A stretch of 51,790 bases of DNA, filler included, from Calcarisporiella thermophila CBS 279.70 (taxonomy: Eukaryota; Fungi; Calcarisporiellomycota): the NCBI RefSeq assembly GCF_041956535.1. It is 3 parts of 3 records of this genome, joined end to end, with 100 filler letters (N's around TTAATTAATTAA, not from the genome) between each part and the next. Parts side by side here need not be neighbours in the genome. Positions count along the whole stretch, not along the records: positions 41,034 to 51,790 come from NW_027192216.1; 2 more parts are not named here. One strand, 5' to 3'. Positions 42,520 to 51,790 of the stretch are shown piece after piece. Positions within the stretch are counted from its first letter, which is position 1. Every line of letters starts with the position of its first letter. The position numbers and the translations under genes were made by a program. The notes beneath the pieces were generated by a model. That model ran no database searches and had not been told where the DNA came from. It was given only the letters and a program-made list of their open reading frames with translations.

Positions 42520-42971
42520 GGGGGTGGAGTAGCTTAGTGGTAAGCGCTCCCAGGTGCCATCGAGATGGCACGGGTTCGAACCCCCATCAGCACAAAAAAT
42601 GTGAATGGACACTCCACTAATTCTGTGTCTTGCTTGTCGTGTCTATGCTCTCCATTAGTATTACTTCTGTCTTTCCAGTCCGGTTTTCTACAGTCACTCT
42701 CTTCGTCCCGTCGCGCCTGGCTCCTCCACAAGTATCGCCTCTGTCTTGTCGTGTCTGGTCTTCCCATTATTACTGTCTCTCGTTACTGTTCCTTGCTTGC
42801 CGTACCTGTCGTGTCGAGTTATTCTACTATTACTGTTCCTTAATTGGTCTATACCTTCTGCCAGCAATTTGGCTATGATCTGCACAAAGGCGTACGACCC
42901 TTGATTCACCTTCAACGATTAACTTCATGAGGATACTTTTCAATAAAGATCCGTAGCTTCAAAAAAAAAAA
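42520..42971 (+). mobile_element. tRNA-derived SINE, family 3, whose body matches the LINE 3'UTR at 49985-49586
   Basis: A box TAGCTTAGTGG, B box GGTTCGAACCC. Body 42611-42960 aligns with the reverse complement of 49595-49980. Ends in A11. Confidence 0.85.
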
Positions 42972-42985
42972 GAGGTCATTCACCA

Positions 42986-43101
42986 GGGGGAGGAGTAGCT
43001 TTGGCTATAATCTGTACAAAGGCGTATGACTTTTGATCCATCTTCACCGATTAACTTCATGAGGTCACTTTCCAATAAAGATCCGTAAAATAATTAAAAA
43101 A
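42986..43101 (+). mobile_element. Internally deleted mini-SINE of family 3
   Basis: GGGGGAGGAGTAGCTT head fused directly to the TGGCTATAATCTGTACAAAGGCG..AATAAAGATCCGTA tail. Confidence 0.75.
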
Positions 43102-43268
43102 GAGATCACTCACTACCCATCCAAGCACGGGACTCTTTAAACTTTAACCTTTGCGTTCTTGTACCTAATCATCTTGTTCAGTAGACTCCCTCACAAGCAA
43201 TATAGTTTAAATAAACCACAAGGCACAAGTTCTCGCCTCCATAGAGGAAAAAAAAAGGTCATTCACCA

Positions 43269-43800
43269 TCCATCCATAGCTCTTCAGTGGCACTAGAAGA
43301 GAAAAGAGGAATTCACTTGAACCCGCAGTTGGCAGAGGCACTGTTTCAGGAAGTCCCACAAGTTGAAGGAGCATGTATACTTGCGTTTGGGAAATGCGTG
43401 CTAGCTAACTCAAAGATCTAACACTTCCGCACTAGAACGCGAAGACTATACAGGTCAAAACAAGGCGAGAATATCACATCTGAATGGAACGAGACCCTAC
43501 GCAACTTCATCAAAAGAGAGATAGCGTTGATGTACTGATTGAGGCTAAACCAACTGTACCGAAGCATAGAGACCTATTATGAAGTTTTTTAATCACAGTA
43601 TGGTCATAGAAAGTAACTTATGTAATACCGATGAGGAATGAAGACCATAGAGCACGCTTTCTTAGAATATACAAGAATTGATGACCTTTGGAGGTGATTC
43701 AATAGATCCTACTAAAAAATTATTTTATTTTCTTTTCTTTTCGTTATTACCATTTTCCATTTATTATTTGTTATTTCACAACATTTTCTACTTATAGCAC
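43269..43800 (+). pseudogene. Possible degenerate LINE ORF2 C-terminal fragment after the last motif
   Basis: Interrupted frame ..KCVLANSKI*HFRTR..SEWNETLRNFIKREI.. followed by a T-rich region. Weak similarity only, and the end is approximate. Confidence 0.3.
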
Positions 43801-44083
43801 ATTTCATCTAATATTATATATCCAACTACTGCGCATTTTATAATCGTTTATAAACAGTGTTTTTGGTTTCAATTATGAACTAAATTTTGCAAATAATCAT
43901 TTTCTAAGTTCTTTAGAGAATAATTGAGTTTGTCTGTTATTGATGTTTTAATAACAGTACGTCCTCTATCATTTTATTGAATTGTTTACTTCATCAACTC
44001 GTTATTTAGAAAGCTGAATACTAAATATTTGTGATTTCAATAGCTTTGTATTTATTAAAAAATGGAAAAACTTGGTAAATAAA

Positions 44084-45367
44084 TTATAAAAAATTCAATA
44101 TAATCAACCAGATCCAAGTAATGGTTTTAATGAGGATATTGCTTGTATTTGATCTATAACTGATATTAATCGGTTTTGGAGCCGGAGTCCTTGGTTGATA
44201 TCCACCTGCTAAGGCTCCATTTGCTATAGTTAAGTACTTGCAATATTCTCTGCCATTTTCCAGTAAACTCTTCCCAGTTTCATGGTCTACCCCGACAGAC
44301 CTCTGCCCACTCCAAATCATTTCAGCTGCTTTATTCACGTCATACCGCATTCCAGGGGTGACTAAGTCACATGCTTCGTTGCAAGGGGCATACGAGATCG
44401 CACCACTTTCAATACCAAACAGGGTTGTCATTCCAAGCTTAAGGCGATTTGCGAGATATAGATCAATTATTGCTTGAACGAGCACAGTGTAATTGCGCAC
44501 AATGGAGGTGAGTACCTGCTGACTGTTAGGGAGAGCCCCAACCGCCCAATCTGAACACCACTGATCTGTGCCATGACCAATAACAGGTTTGCCCGCGACT
44601 GCAAAAGCCTTAAGAGCTGCTGTTCCCATAGCACCTCCACCAGCGTTCCATAGCACATCTGCACCATGTTTCAGAAATATCTGGGCATAGTACTCTCCCA
44701 AAACGTTCTTTACCAGGCTCTCAGCATAAATACAGAGTACCCCACACTCACTGCACACAGATTTCACTCCGTTGGCAAAACCATTAACCAGTCTAGTGTA
44801 AGACAAACTTGTGGAGTTTGACCCACTAATAACTGCAGGGAGCCTGTTGAGATCTCTTGCAAATAAACCCGCCACAATTCCAGCAAGAAAGCCTTCATGT
44901 TCTTCGAGAAATACTGCAGAGGCTACATTCGGGGCTGAAGAAGGATATTCATAATCAAGGATTACGAATGTCGAGTTATTAACAATATTTTGACCAACAG
45001 AATTCCATGCATCAGCAGCTTGTTGGCCAAGTGCGATGATTAAATCTGATTGTGAGGCTTTTATAAGTGCATGGCTGTACTCTTCAAGCTTTTGAGTTGG
45101 GGGTACTATAGCGGGTTGAGCCTCACACATTCCTATAAAATCATTGTAAGTTTGTCATTTCATTCGACTAATATATGGGTCTAAAGAGAATATTTTACCT
45201 TGCGACCGCGAACACGCGGCTGCAGCTCCAGCCTGTATAAGATAAGCAACATTGCATTTAATGGAGAAATCGGATTGCGGAGGCAAAACGATCTGGACCG
45301 ATACAAGACGCGCAGCTGCAAATGATCCAAGCAAAAGAAAATATAAACATATATAAATTGAGATCAT
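44084..45367 (-). CDS. BMP/PnrA-family (bacterial basic membrane protein) solute-binding-like protein, secreted and possibly GPI-anchored, 2 exons
   Basis: NVASAVFLEEHEGFLAGIVAG, RLVNGFANGVKSV, GADVLWNAGG, VIGHGTDQ, VLTSIVRN. N-terminal signal peptide, intron 45198-45133 in frame, hydrophobic C-terminus. Confidence 0.8.
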
Positions 45368-46457
45368 CCCTAGGTCTCATGCTTGATAAAAGCATAATTA
45401 ATTAACACTACATTTAAAAATTAACGGTATTTTTTCAAAGGAGGCCAAATTGAAAATACGTCTAATTTAAACTACAATCAGGACACAATTTTACTCATTA
45501 AATATTTTTAAGATCGATATACTATTTTGGCTTTTGGGTGAAGAGATTTTTTTAAATATTACTTCACTGCTTAGGCATCGAATTTATTAATTTGAGATGG
45601 CATGATACTCGAAAATCAACTATATGCCTAAATATATATGACGATCTCTTTGATTATTAAAGAAAATTCAATATACTGTCATAAAAAGACAGAATTGCAT
45701 TTGCAGTATCTTTGACAAAACGGCGATTGATAAATATGAGCTACACGTATTTAAGTCGATAGTTTTTATAATTGAATCCAACATAGTGTTCTATCGTTAC
45801 TAGTTAAAGTTATTTATTTAGTATTTTAGATGTCCAATTAATTTATTGTACGCTGAATGATAACAAGCTATTATCAATTCTAAAAACCTTCTCCTTAATC
45901 ATAATCCAGATTTAGAATATCTGAGATCCAACAAACCTCACTAGCAATAATTTCTCATAAATATTCCAGGGCTGGGATTTCTGGCCTTGTATGAACGATA
46001 GGATCTGGAGAGTTCATTGTGCGATGCGATCAGGGAATTTTGAGCGGTGATCAAACACTATGATGTTTAGTCAGAGAAATGAGTAGATTGTTCGTTGATG
46101 GAGATCTAAAGCTTATCCCAATTTTCTGAGATCTGTGCAACTTTTAGCCAGGGTCGGGACACCGGTTAATAATGTTTTAAGTTCAATAATGCCGATAATA
46201 TCGTTTCTGTCGGGAGATGTACTCTAGTTCAAGTCTGCAGTCCAGGCCATACTTAGTTTTTTTATCTATTGGATATTTTAACGAAAATACTTCGTAGAGG
46301 TATTTGGATAAGATAGATTAATAAGGTAAAATCGATTAGGATATATTTCTAGCCTACTCTATCTTACAATACATGTGAGGAGTAAAAGCAGGTTATAAAT
46401 ACACAAAATATGTAAAGAAAATAATTTCGACAAGAGTATAAATGACTTTGGTTAAAG

Positions 46458-46619
46458 TGGGGGTGTTCACGCTTCCAGCTTATTCGGATTATTTTGCTTA
46501 AAAATAAGCAAAATTCTGCATTTTAACTGGCTACTAAAAATCATTAGCCAATCACAATGCGCTATTTCGCTTATTTATGATCAAAATAAACCGAATAATC
46601 AGAAGCGTGAACACCCCCA
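46458..46619. mobile_element. MITE-like element, ~160 bp
   Basis: Perfect 18 bp terminal inverted repeat TGGGGGTGTTCACGCTTC / GAAGCGTGAACACCCCCA, extending imperfectly to ~50 bp. No clear TSD. Confidence 0.7.
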
Positions 46620-46626
46620 ATAACTA

Positions 46627-48227
46627 CAAGTAAGGAAAAATGTGTCAGTGTATTTTATCAATTTTTCTTTGAATGCTCTTATCTCCTGAATGGATGGAAT
46701 ATTATACAAGCGGTTTTATTATTAAACACAGGTGGATCTACACTATGTGCTGTTCCAACCGCTAGCCCGCTAGTTATAAATGCATTTCTGATAAAACTAG
46801 GATAGCATTGAATAGCACCCCGAGTTTATGGGAAATTGATATCTTTATAAATATCGATGTGTGCCAAAGAGACCCAAATACTTTTATATTCTCTCCACCA
46901 TTCCATCTAAATATTTTTATTTGCAATGGTGGTGTTTTTATTTTTTTAACACTATCTTACATCTATGAAGCCAACTCGTAAAAAGATTCGAGATCGTGTG
47001 CTTGAACTTTCAAGAAAGGGAGAGTCCACACATAAGATTGGTGCACGAGTGAGAATAAGCCGTGAAACTACTAGAAAAATCATCAAGCAATGGAGCACCC
47101 CGAAATATCCTCTTATGAAGCCAAAATATGGTCGTCCACGTAGTCTAAGCGAATCAGATGAGAAATACATCGCTAAGAAGGCGTCAACTGAAGAGGGTTC
47201 TAAGCTTGCCGACTTGCAGCAAGTTATCAAAGAACTTAATAAGAGCGTAACAAACAAAACTGTAAAAATGATGCTCAGACGTCACGAAGTAGAGCCTCGA
47301 TCAAAGCCTAAAAAGCCTTTGCTGCTCCCACGCCATTTTAAAGTTTGATTCAAATTCGTAGCTCAACTCGCTAGATAGGATTTTTAGACCATTCAAACCA
47401 TAATATTATCGGATGAAACCATTATACTCTTTTTACAGACCACGGCAAAGGAATACACATACGTAAAGAGGGGGCAGCTTTTGCGTGAGTGCAATATTAT
47501 TCCAACCACGAAACAGGGAAAAGAGGCAATCATGGTATGATGCTGCATTACCTCGTAAGTGTGGGGCTTCTACTTCGCGTGGAAGGCGGAGTAAATGCTA
47601 GGATGTATCAGACCATTTTAGATGAGGGTTTTATTGGAATACTCGAACGGTACGGGATGGACAAGGACAAGGTCGTATTCCAACATGATAGCGCCCTCAT
47701 AACGCCAAGTCAACTCAAGCATGGCTGCGAGATCGCAATGTAAAGGACTTAGAATGGCCTGCTCAGTCACTGGATTTGAATCCCATAGAGAATGCGTGGG
47801 GCATCTTGAAGAGATGGCTTCAAGATTATTCTACTCGGCCAAAGGAAAAGCCCTGGGAACGAATCAAATACACGTGGGAGAATATAGAAAAGACCTATAT
47901 TGATAAACTATATGAGAGTATGTTGAGGAGATTCCGAGCTGTTTATAAAGCTAGAGGAGGATATACGAAGTATTGAAATATTATTGTGAAATAACGATAA
48001 ACATGTTTTCAATTTTATCATGAAAGCCCTTTTTCCTGAACATCTATATTAATACCCATGGTTTTTTAGAAAATGCATTTATAACCAGGATAGCGGTTGG
48101 AACAGCACATAGTGTAGATCCACCAGTTTTAATAATAAAGCCGCTTGTATAATATTCCATCCATTCAGGAGGTAAGAGCATTCAAAGGAAAATTGTTAAA
48201 ACACGCTGTCACATTTTTCCCTACTTG
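46627..48227 (+). mobile_element. Tc1/mariner transposon with ~170 bp TIRs and a pseudogenised transposase (46965-47976)
   Basis: TA|CAAGT...ACTTG|TA ends. [30 protein letters not shown]. Several stops and frameshifts. Confidence 0.93.
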
Positions 48228-48979
48228 TAGATCGACTGATTTAGTTATTCTTTGTATCCACGAAATCGCAAGCTATCTTTTGACTACCATCGAATTGAAT
48301 CAGTAAGCCTCCTACCAATTTCTGCTTAAGTCTTCATTTTTTTTCTCCGTGCATGTACCCACTGCTCTTTAATTGCAATAAATAGCCCTATAAGAAGTGA
48401 TATAAGGATAATTTATGGATATCACGAGGTATACTGCATTTTTCTTAATCTTTATTTTTTTTTATAATTTTTAATAATCTCCTATTAGCTATTTTCGGAA
48501 AATACAAGGAAATTTTAAGGAACCTGCAGCATTCCCCATAGTTTCCATATTTTTTTTCCTGTGATCAATTCTTATATGGTAGTCCAGATAGAGAGATACA
48601 TTTGAGTACATCTGACATTGTCTACCAATAGCGTGGCATCATCCTCTTCTCGGTCATCTATGACGATTACAATATTTATCTTGTATATGGTTCAGACAAT
48701 GGTATCGTATAGGAGCATGGAGATTTACCGGTCATTTGCTTGTACTTCCCCGTGGTATCCGAAGAGCTGTTTGAATCTCTGAGTGTGTGTCTAAGGCTTA
48801 TATGGGATCCCTTGACGTCTTCTATTGAATACCTCCCAAAGGTCAACAATTTTCGCGTATTTTCAAAGAAGGAATATTCTATGACCAATACCTTTTCACG
48901 CCGGCATCTCTTGCTATTAAGGCTGCTACTAGATTTGTTGTTATTTGGGAAAATAACAAGTCCATTCCGTTTTAACATT

Positions 48980-49572
48980 AGTCCTATATTGAAAAGTGTC
49001 CTATCTTGTTTAAAATGGATGAGTAGCTTTCATGTCATATTCCCCAAGGAAATGCTCCTGGTCTACCTTGGATGAAGAAGTATAAAAAAAAAGAAGGAAA
49101 GCGAGAAAAACAAAAAAACAAACAAAAACTAAAAAAAGTAAATATATAAGGAGTAAGACAGGTCAAGCGAAGCTGCTTTGTATCATAGAATGAATCAAAG
49201 TATTGCATAAAAAATATGATATTTGTGAACATGAAATAAAGGAATAGGATAAAATATAAAAAGAATAAGAAAAGAAAGTAAGAAGAGAAGAAGAGCAAAA
49301 AGAAAAGGAATTGGCTATAGTATGCAGCAGAGAGAGGTTGGAAGAGGTTCTCACAGCGGAGTTGCTTGATGTTAAGGCTGCTGTTTGCTACATAAAGGTA
49401 TCCTGGATAAATATCACAGTTTCATCTATAACAATCAACCAACTTCTTCTTGGGCTTTTGTCGATAAAGTCTTCCTCCTGATCCTGTTTTATTGCCGCCA
49501 ATCACTTGAAGCTTATCCTCGCCGTAGTTTGTAGTCATATTGCATTGTTATGGATATCGGGATAGGATGGTT
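48980..49572 (-). mobile_element. 5'-truncated LINE, lineage B (ORF2 C-terminus and 3'UTR)
   Basis: PISITMQYDYKLRRG..AAIKQDQEEDFIDK..RSWLIVIDETVIFIQDT is homologous to PVAITKQFDHELQRG..KKDFIDKWSRGNWVNIIDDSVFFTQDT of lineage A. Its tail matches 51052-51140. Confidence 0.75.
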
Positions 49573-49585
49573 GGTGAATGACCTG

Positions 49586-50570
49586 TTTTTTTTTGAAGCT
49601 ACAGAACTTAATTGAAAAATATCCTCATGAAGTTAATTGTTGGTGAATCAAAGGTCATATGCCTTTGTACAGATCATAGCCAATTGCTGGCAGAAGGTAT
49701 AGACCAATTAAGTAACAGTAATAGTAGAGCAAACAGACAAGCAGAGAAAACCAGACACAACAAGTTGAGTAAACCAGACACAAAAGATACGGCAAGCGAG
49801 GGATATTAATGAGAGACAGTAACAATGGAAAGGCCAGGCACGACAAGGCAGAGGAAATACTAGTGGAAGAGCCAGACACGACAGGACGGAGAGGGTGATT
49901 GTAGAGAACCAGACTGGAAAAAGCCGATAATACTAATAAAGAACATAGACACGACAAGCAAGGCACAGAATTAGTGGAGAGTGCGGTTCTCAAGCCGGAG
50001 TTGGGACTGGGGTTTGATCTTCAGAGGTGTCCTGGGTAAAAAACACGGAATCATCTATGATGTTCACCCAGTTTCCCCTTGACCATTTATCGATGAAGTC
50101 TTTTTTCCGATTCAGTTTCGTTGCCATCCACCACTTAGACTTTACTCCTCGCTGTAATTCGTGGTCAAATTGTTTGGTTATGGCTACCGGATTGGATTGG
50201 GCATCATCTAGCACTAATTCAAGTCTCGAGCGGTATATCCACAAGGCTATGTTGTGGCTCAGAGCGACCACTTCGTTGAAGCGTTGGTCTATTTGTTTGT
50301 CTTGTCCAAACAGTCTGTCTTCTCTCGTGGATTCGTGTGGCGATATTCCAGTGATTCTGCAGTTTGTCTTGTCAACTCTTTGCCAGAGTTGTGCGATAGC
50401 TGGGCAGTCTAGAAAGGTATGGGCAATTGTTTCGGGTATTCCTAGGAAATACCTTTTGCAAGTGTTTGAATTTCCAGTCCATTTGCTAGTGATGATTCCG
50501 ATAACTATTTTGTGCTTCATAAGTCTCCAGCGAAGGGTTCTGTGCTTGGGTTCTGACGGATGCTTTTTCT
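49586..50570 (-). mobile_element. 5'-truncated L1/Tx1-type LINE, lineage A (zf-RVT region, 3'UTR, poly(A))
   Basis: EPKHRTLRWRLMKHKIVIG..CKRY..PETIAHTFLDCPAIAQLW..IALWIYRSR, stop at 49990, ~400 bp 3'UTR, A9. Motif on both sides. Confidence 0.85.
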
Positions 50571-50583
50571 GGTGAGTGACCTC

Positions 50584-51020
50584 TTTTTTTTTTAAACACG
50601 CTCAAAATATTTTATGTATCTGAATAACATATACATGAGAAAAGGGTAAAACAGCTAAAATAGGTTGGGAAGGAAAGAGTAAATAATAGAACATGGTAGA
50701 ATAAAAACGTATTTTATCCAAGACAAAGAGCTCGAGAAAAAATAAAATGAGTGAAAAGCTAAAATATCTAATCACAGCATTCAAGACAGCAACAAAGACA
50801 GCTTCCAATAGCACATCCAAGATAAAGGTTTCCGCAGCAGCCGTCATCTTTCTGAGGAGGAGGTTGTTGGACGTATACGACATTGAGAGGGGGATTGGGA
50901 GCATAGGCTTGCTGTGGTGGGGGTGGATATCCATAATAACCCTTGTCTTGCTGGCCGCTCCTGTTATCAACCGGAAGTTTTAATTGCAATTGGGAGAGGG
51001 GAAGACGGGATAAAATAGAA
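50584..51020 (-). pseudogene. Processed retrocopy of a host CYSTM (cysteine-rich tail-anchored membrane module) mRNA
   Basis: Intronless SGQQDKGYYGYPPPPQQAY..VVYVQQPPPQKDDGCC..GCAIGSCLCCCLECCD*. AGG stands where ATG is expected (50962-50960). 3'UTR plus A10, flanked by identical GAGGTCACTCACCAG. Confidence 0.8.
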
Positions 51021-51035
51021 CTGGTGAGTGACCTC

Positions 51036-51287
51036 TTTTTTTTTTACAAAGGACCTTTATTGAAAAGTGTCCTATCCTGTTAAAAAGGTAGAGTAGCTTC
51101 TACGTCAAAATCACCCAGGTAATGCTCCTGGCCTACCTTGCAGAATTTGGAGGATAGAAGGAAAAAGAAAGAAAGGAAGAAAAGGATTTAAGTGTAAGAG
51201 GAAGAGAGAAAAGGTGATGAGGAGAGAGCTAGGAGAGTATGGAAACAGCAATTAGCTTGATAAAGAAGGGGATAGGAATAACTGTAA
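51036..51287 (-). mobile_element. 5'-truncated 3'UTR insert with a lineage-B-type tail
   Basis: Pyrimidine tract, CCAGG-AGCATTA-CCTGG and GTAGA-AGCTAC-TCTAC hairpins, GACACTTTTCAATAAAGGTCC, A10. Confidence 0.7.
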
Positions 51288-51443
51288 GGTGAGTGACCTT
51301 TCGGCCAAGGGATTGTAGTGGCGGATTTTCCTTATAAATAAATTACAAGAACATCCGAATCAATCTGTTACGGGCGGTTGGAGACTTGTGGAGAGATGTA
51401 CGGACTTAAAAGAGAAAAATAAGAGATTGGTTTTAATAATAAT
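51288..51443 (-). other. Anchor/target sequence, copy 2
   Basis: The minus strand reads ..CGCCCGTAACAGATTGATTCGGATGTTCTTGTAATTTATTTATAAGGAAAATCCGCCACTACAATCCCTTGGCCGAAAGGTCACTCACC, homologous to 41697-41784. Confidence 0.75.
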
Positions 51444-51790
51444 ACTAATAGAATAATATAACCAGTGTATCCTCACCTTAAAAGAGAAAAATAAGAGATT
51501 GGTGAGGAACAACAAGTCAAAATGGATGGATTTAAATAAAGATAGGAAATCAGAAAAATGACTCAAAATAGATGTTCCCAAGGATAAACTAAAAATGCAT
51601 CTTTTCAAAACAAACGATCACAAGAAAACAACAAAAGATCAATAACATAGCACTATATAATCTTATCCCTCGTCATGTGATGTCGTCGGGTGAACCGGAC
51701 TACATTAAAGACCGCCACCTCACTCCCCGAATCCCAGAGTGACTGCTTACGTGACTTCTCTGTACCAAAGACCAATATCCTCGTAACAAA

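Larger units (their letters stand above)
41045..43800 (+). repeat. Retro-insertion array 1: seven copies of the GAGGTCAYTCAC motif separating heterologous inserts
   Basis: Motif at 41059, 41773, 42135, 42439, 42972, 43102 (GAGATC variant) and 43257 (starts GGTC). All except the anchor copy at 41773 follow an A-run. Confidence 0.9.
48980..51443 (-). repeat. Retro-insertion array 2: anchor plus four motif copies separating four inserts
   Basis: GGTGARTGACCT on + at 51288, 51023, 50571 and 49573. The last three are followed on + by T9-10 (poly(A) on -). Confidence 0.9.

Noticed and set aside
41072-42593. Functional tRNA genes
   Set aside because: There is no canonical anticodon arm, and the heads run into SINE bodies ending in poly(A).
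41045-43268. True CRISPR array
   Set aside because: The context is eukaryotic with no cas genes. Repeats are only 12-16 nt, and the spacers are 100-1000 nt polyadenylated retro-inserts.
48560-48978. ORFs 48676-48978 and 48740-49075
   Set aside because: No motifs recognised, and both use non-ATG starts. Probably decayed TE sequence.
51405-51503. 27 bp direct repeat CTTAAAAGAGAAAAATAAGAGATTGGT
   Set aside because: A local duplication at the edge of the anchor with only two copies. No separate function is evident.

Overview
Eukaryotic window with short GT-AG introns. The gene content suggests an early-diverging fungus (inference). Scaffold pieces are joined by N-gaps, two of them carrying an artificial TTAATTAATTAA linker. 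Positions 1-30 kb are gene-rich: four tandem secreted S8 subtilisins, a homeobox TF, a Reeler-like secreted protein, EB1/Bim1, a hypothetical protein, an Ssd1-type RNB pseudonuclease and a Rax1-like RGS protein. Positions 30-52 kb are an accessory, TE-rich zone: a Crinkler NTPase-REase effector, a DIRS remnant, two Tc1 elements, LINE remnants, a MITE and a bacterial-type BMP solute-binding gene. The main finding is two oppositely oriented arrays (~41.0-43.8 kb on +, ~49.0-51.4 kb on -). In them, 11 copies of a short motif, GAGGTCACTCAC(CAG), usually preceded by poly(A), separate unrelated reverse-transcribed inserts: three tRNA-headed SINEs, a mini-SINE, 3' ends of at least two L1/Tx1-type LINE lineages and a retrocopy of a host CYSTM mRNA. 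Each array contains a copy of the same ~150 bp anchor, which ends in a covarying hairpin running into the motif. This looks like a site-specific retro-insertion system that logs RNAs in a repeat-spacer layout. Exon boundaries and alignments were read by eye, and no database searches were run.
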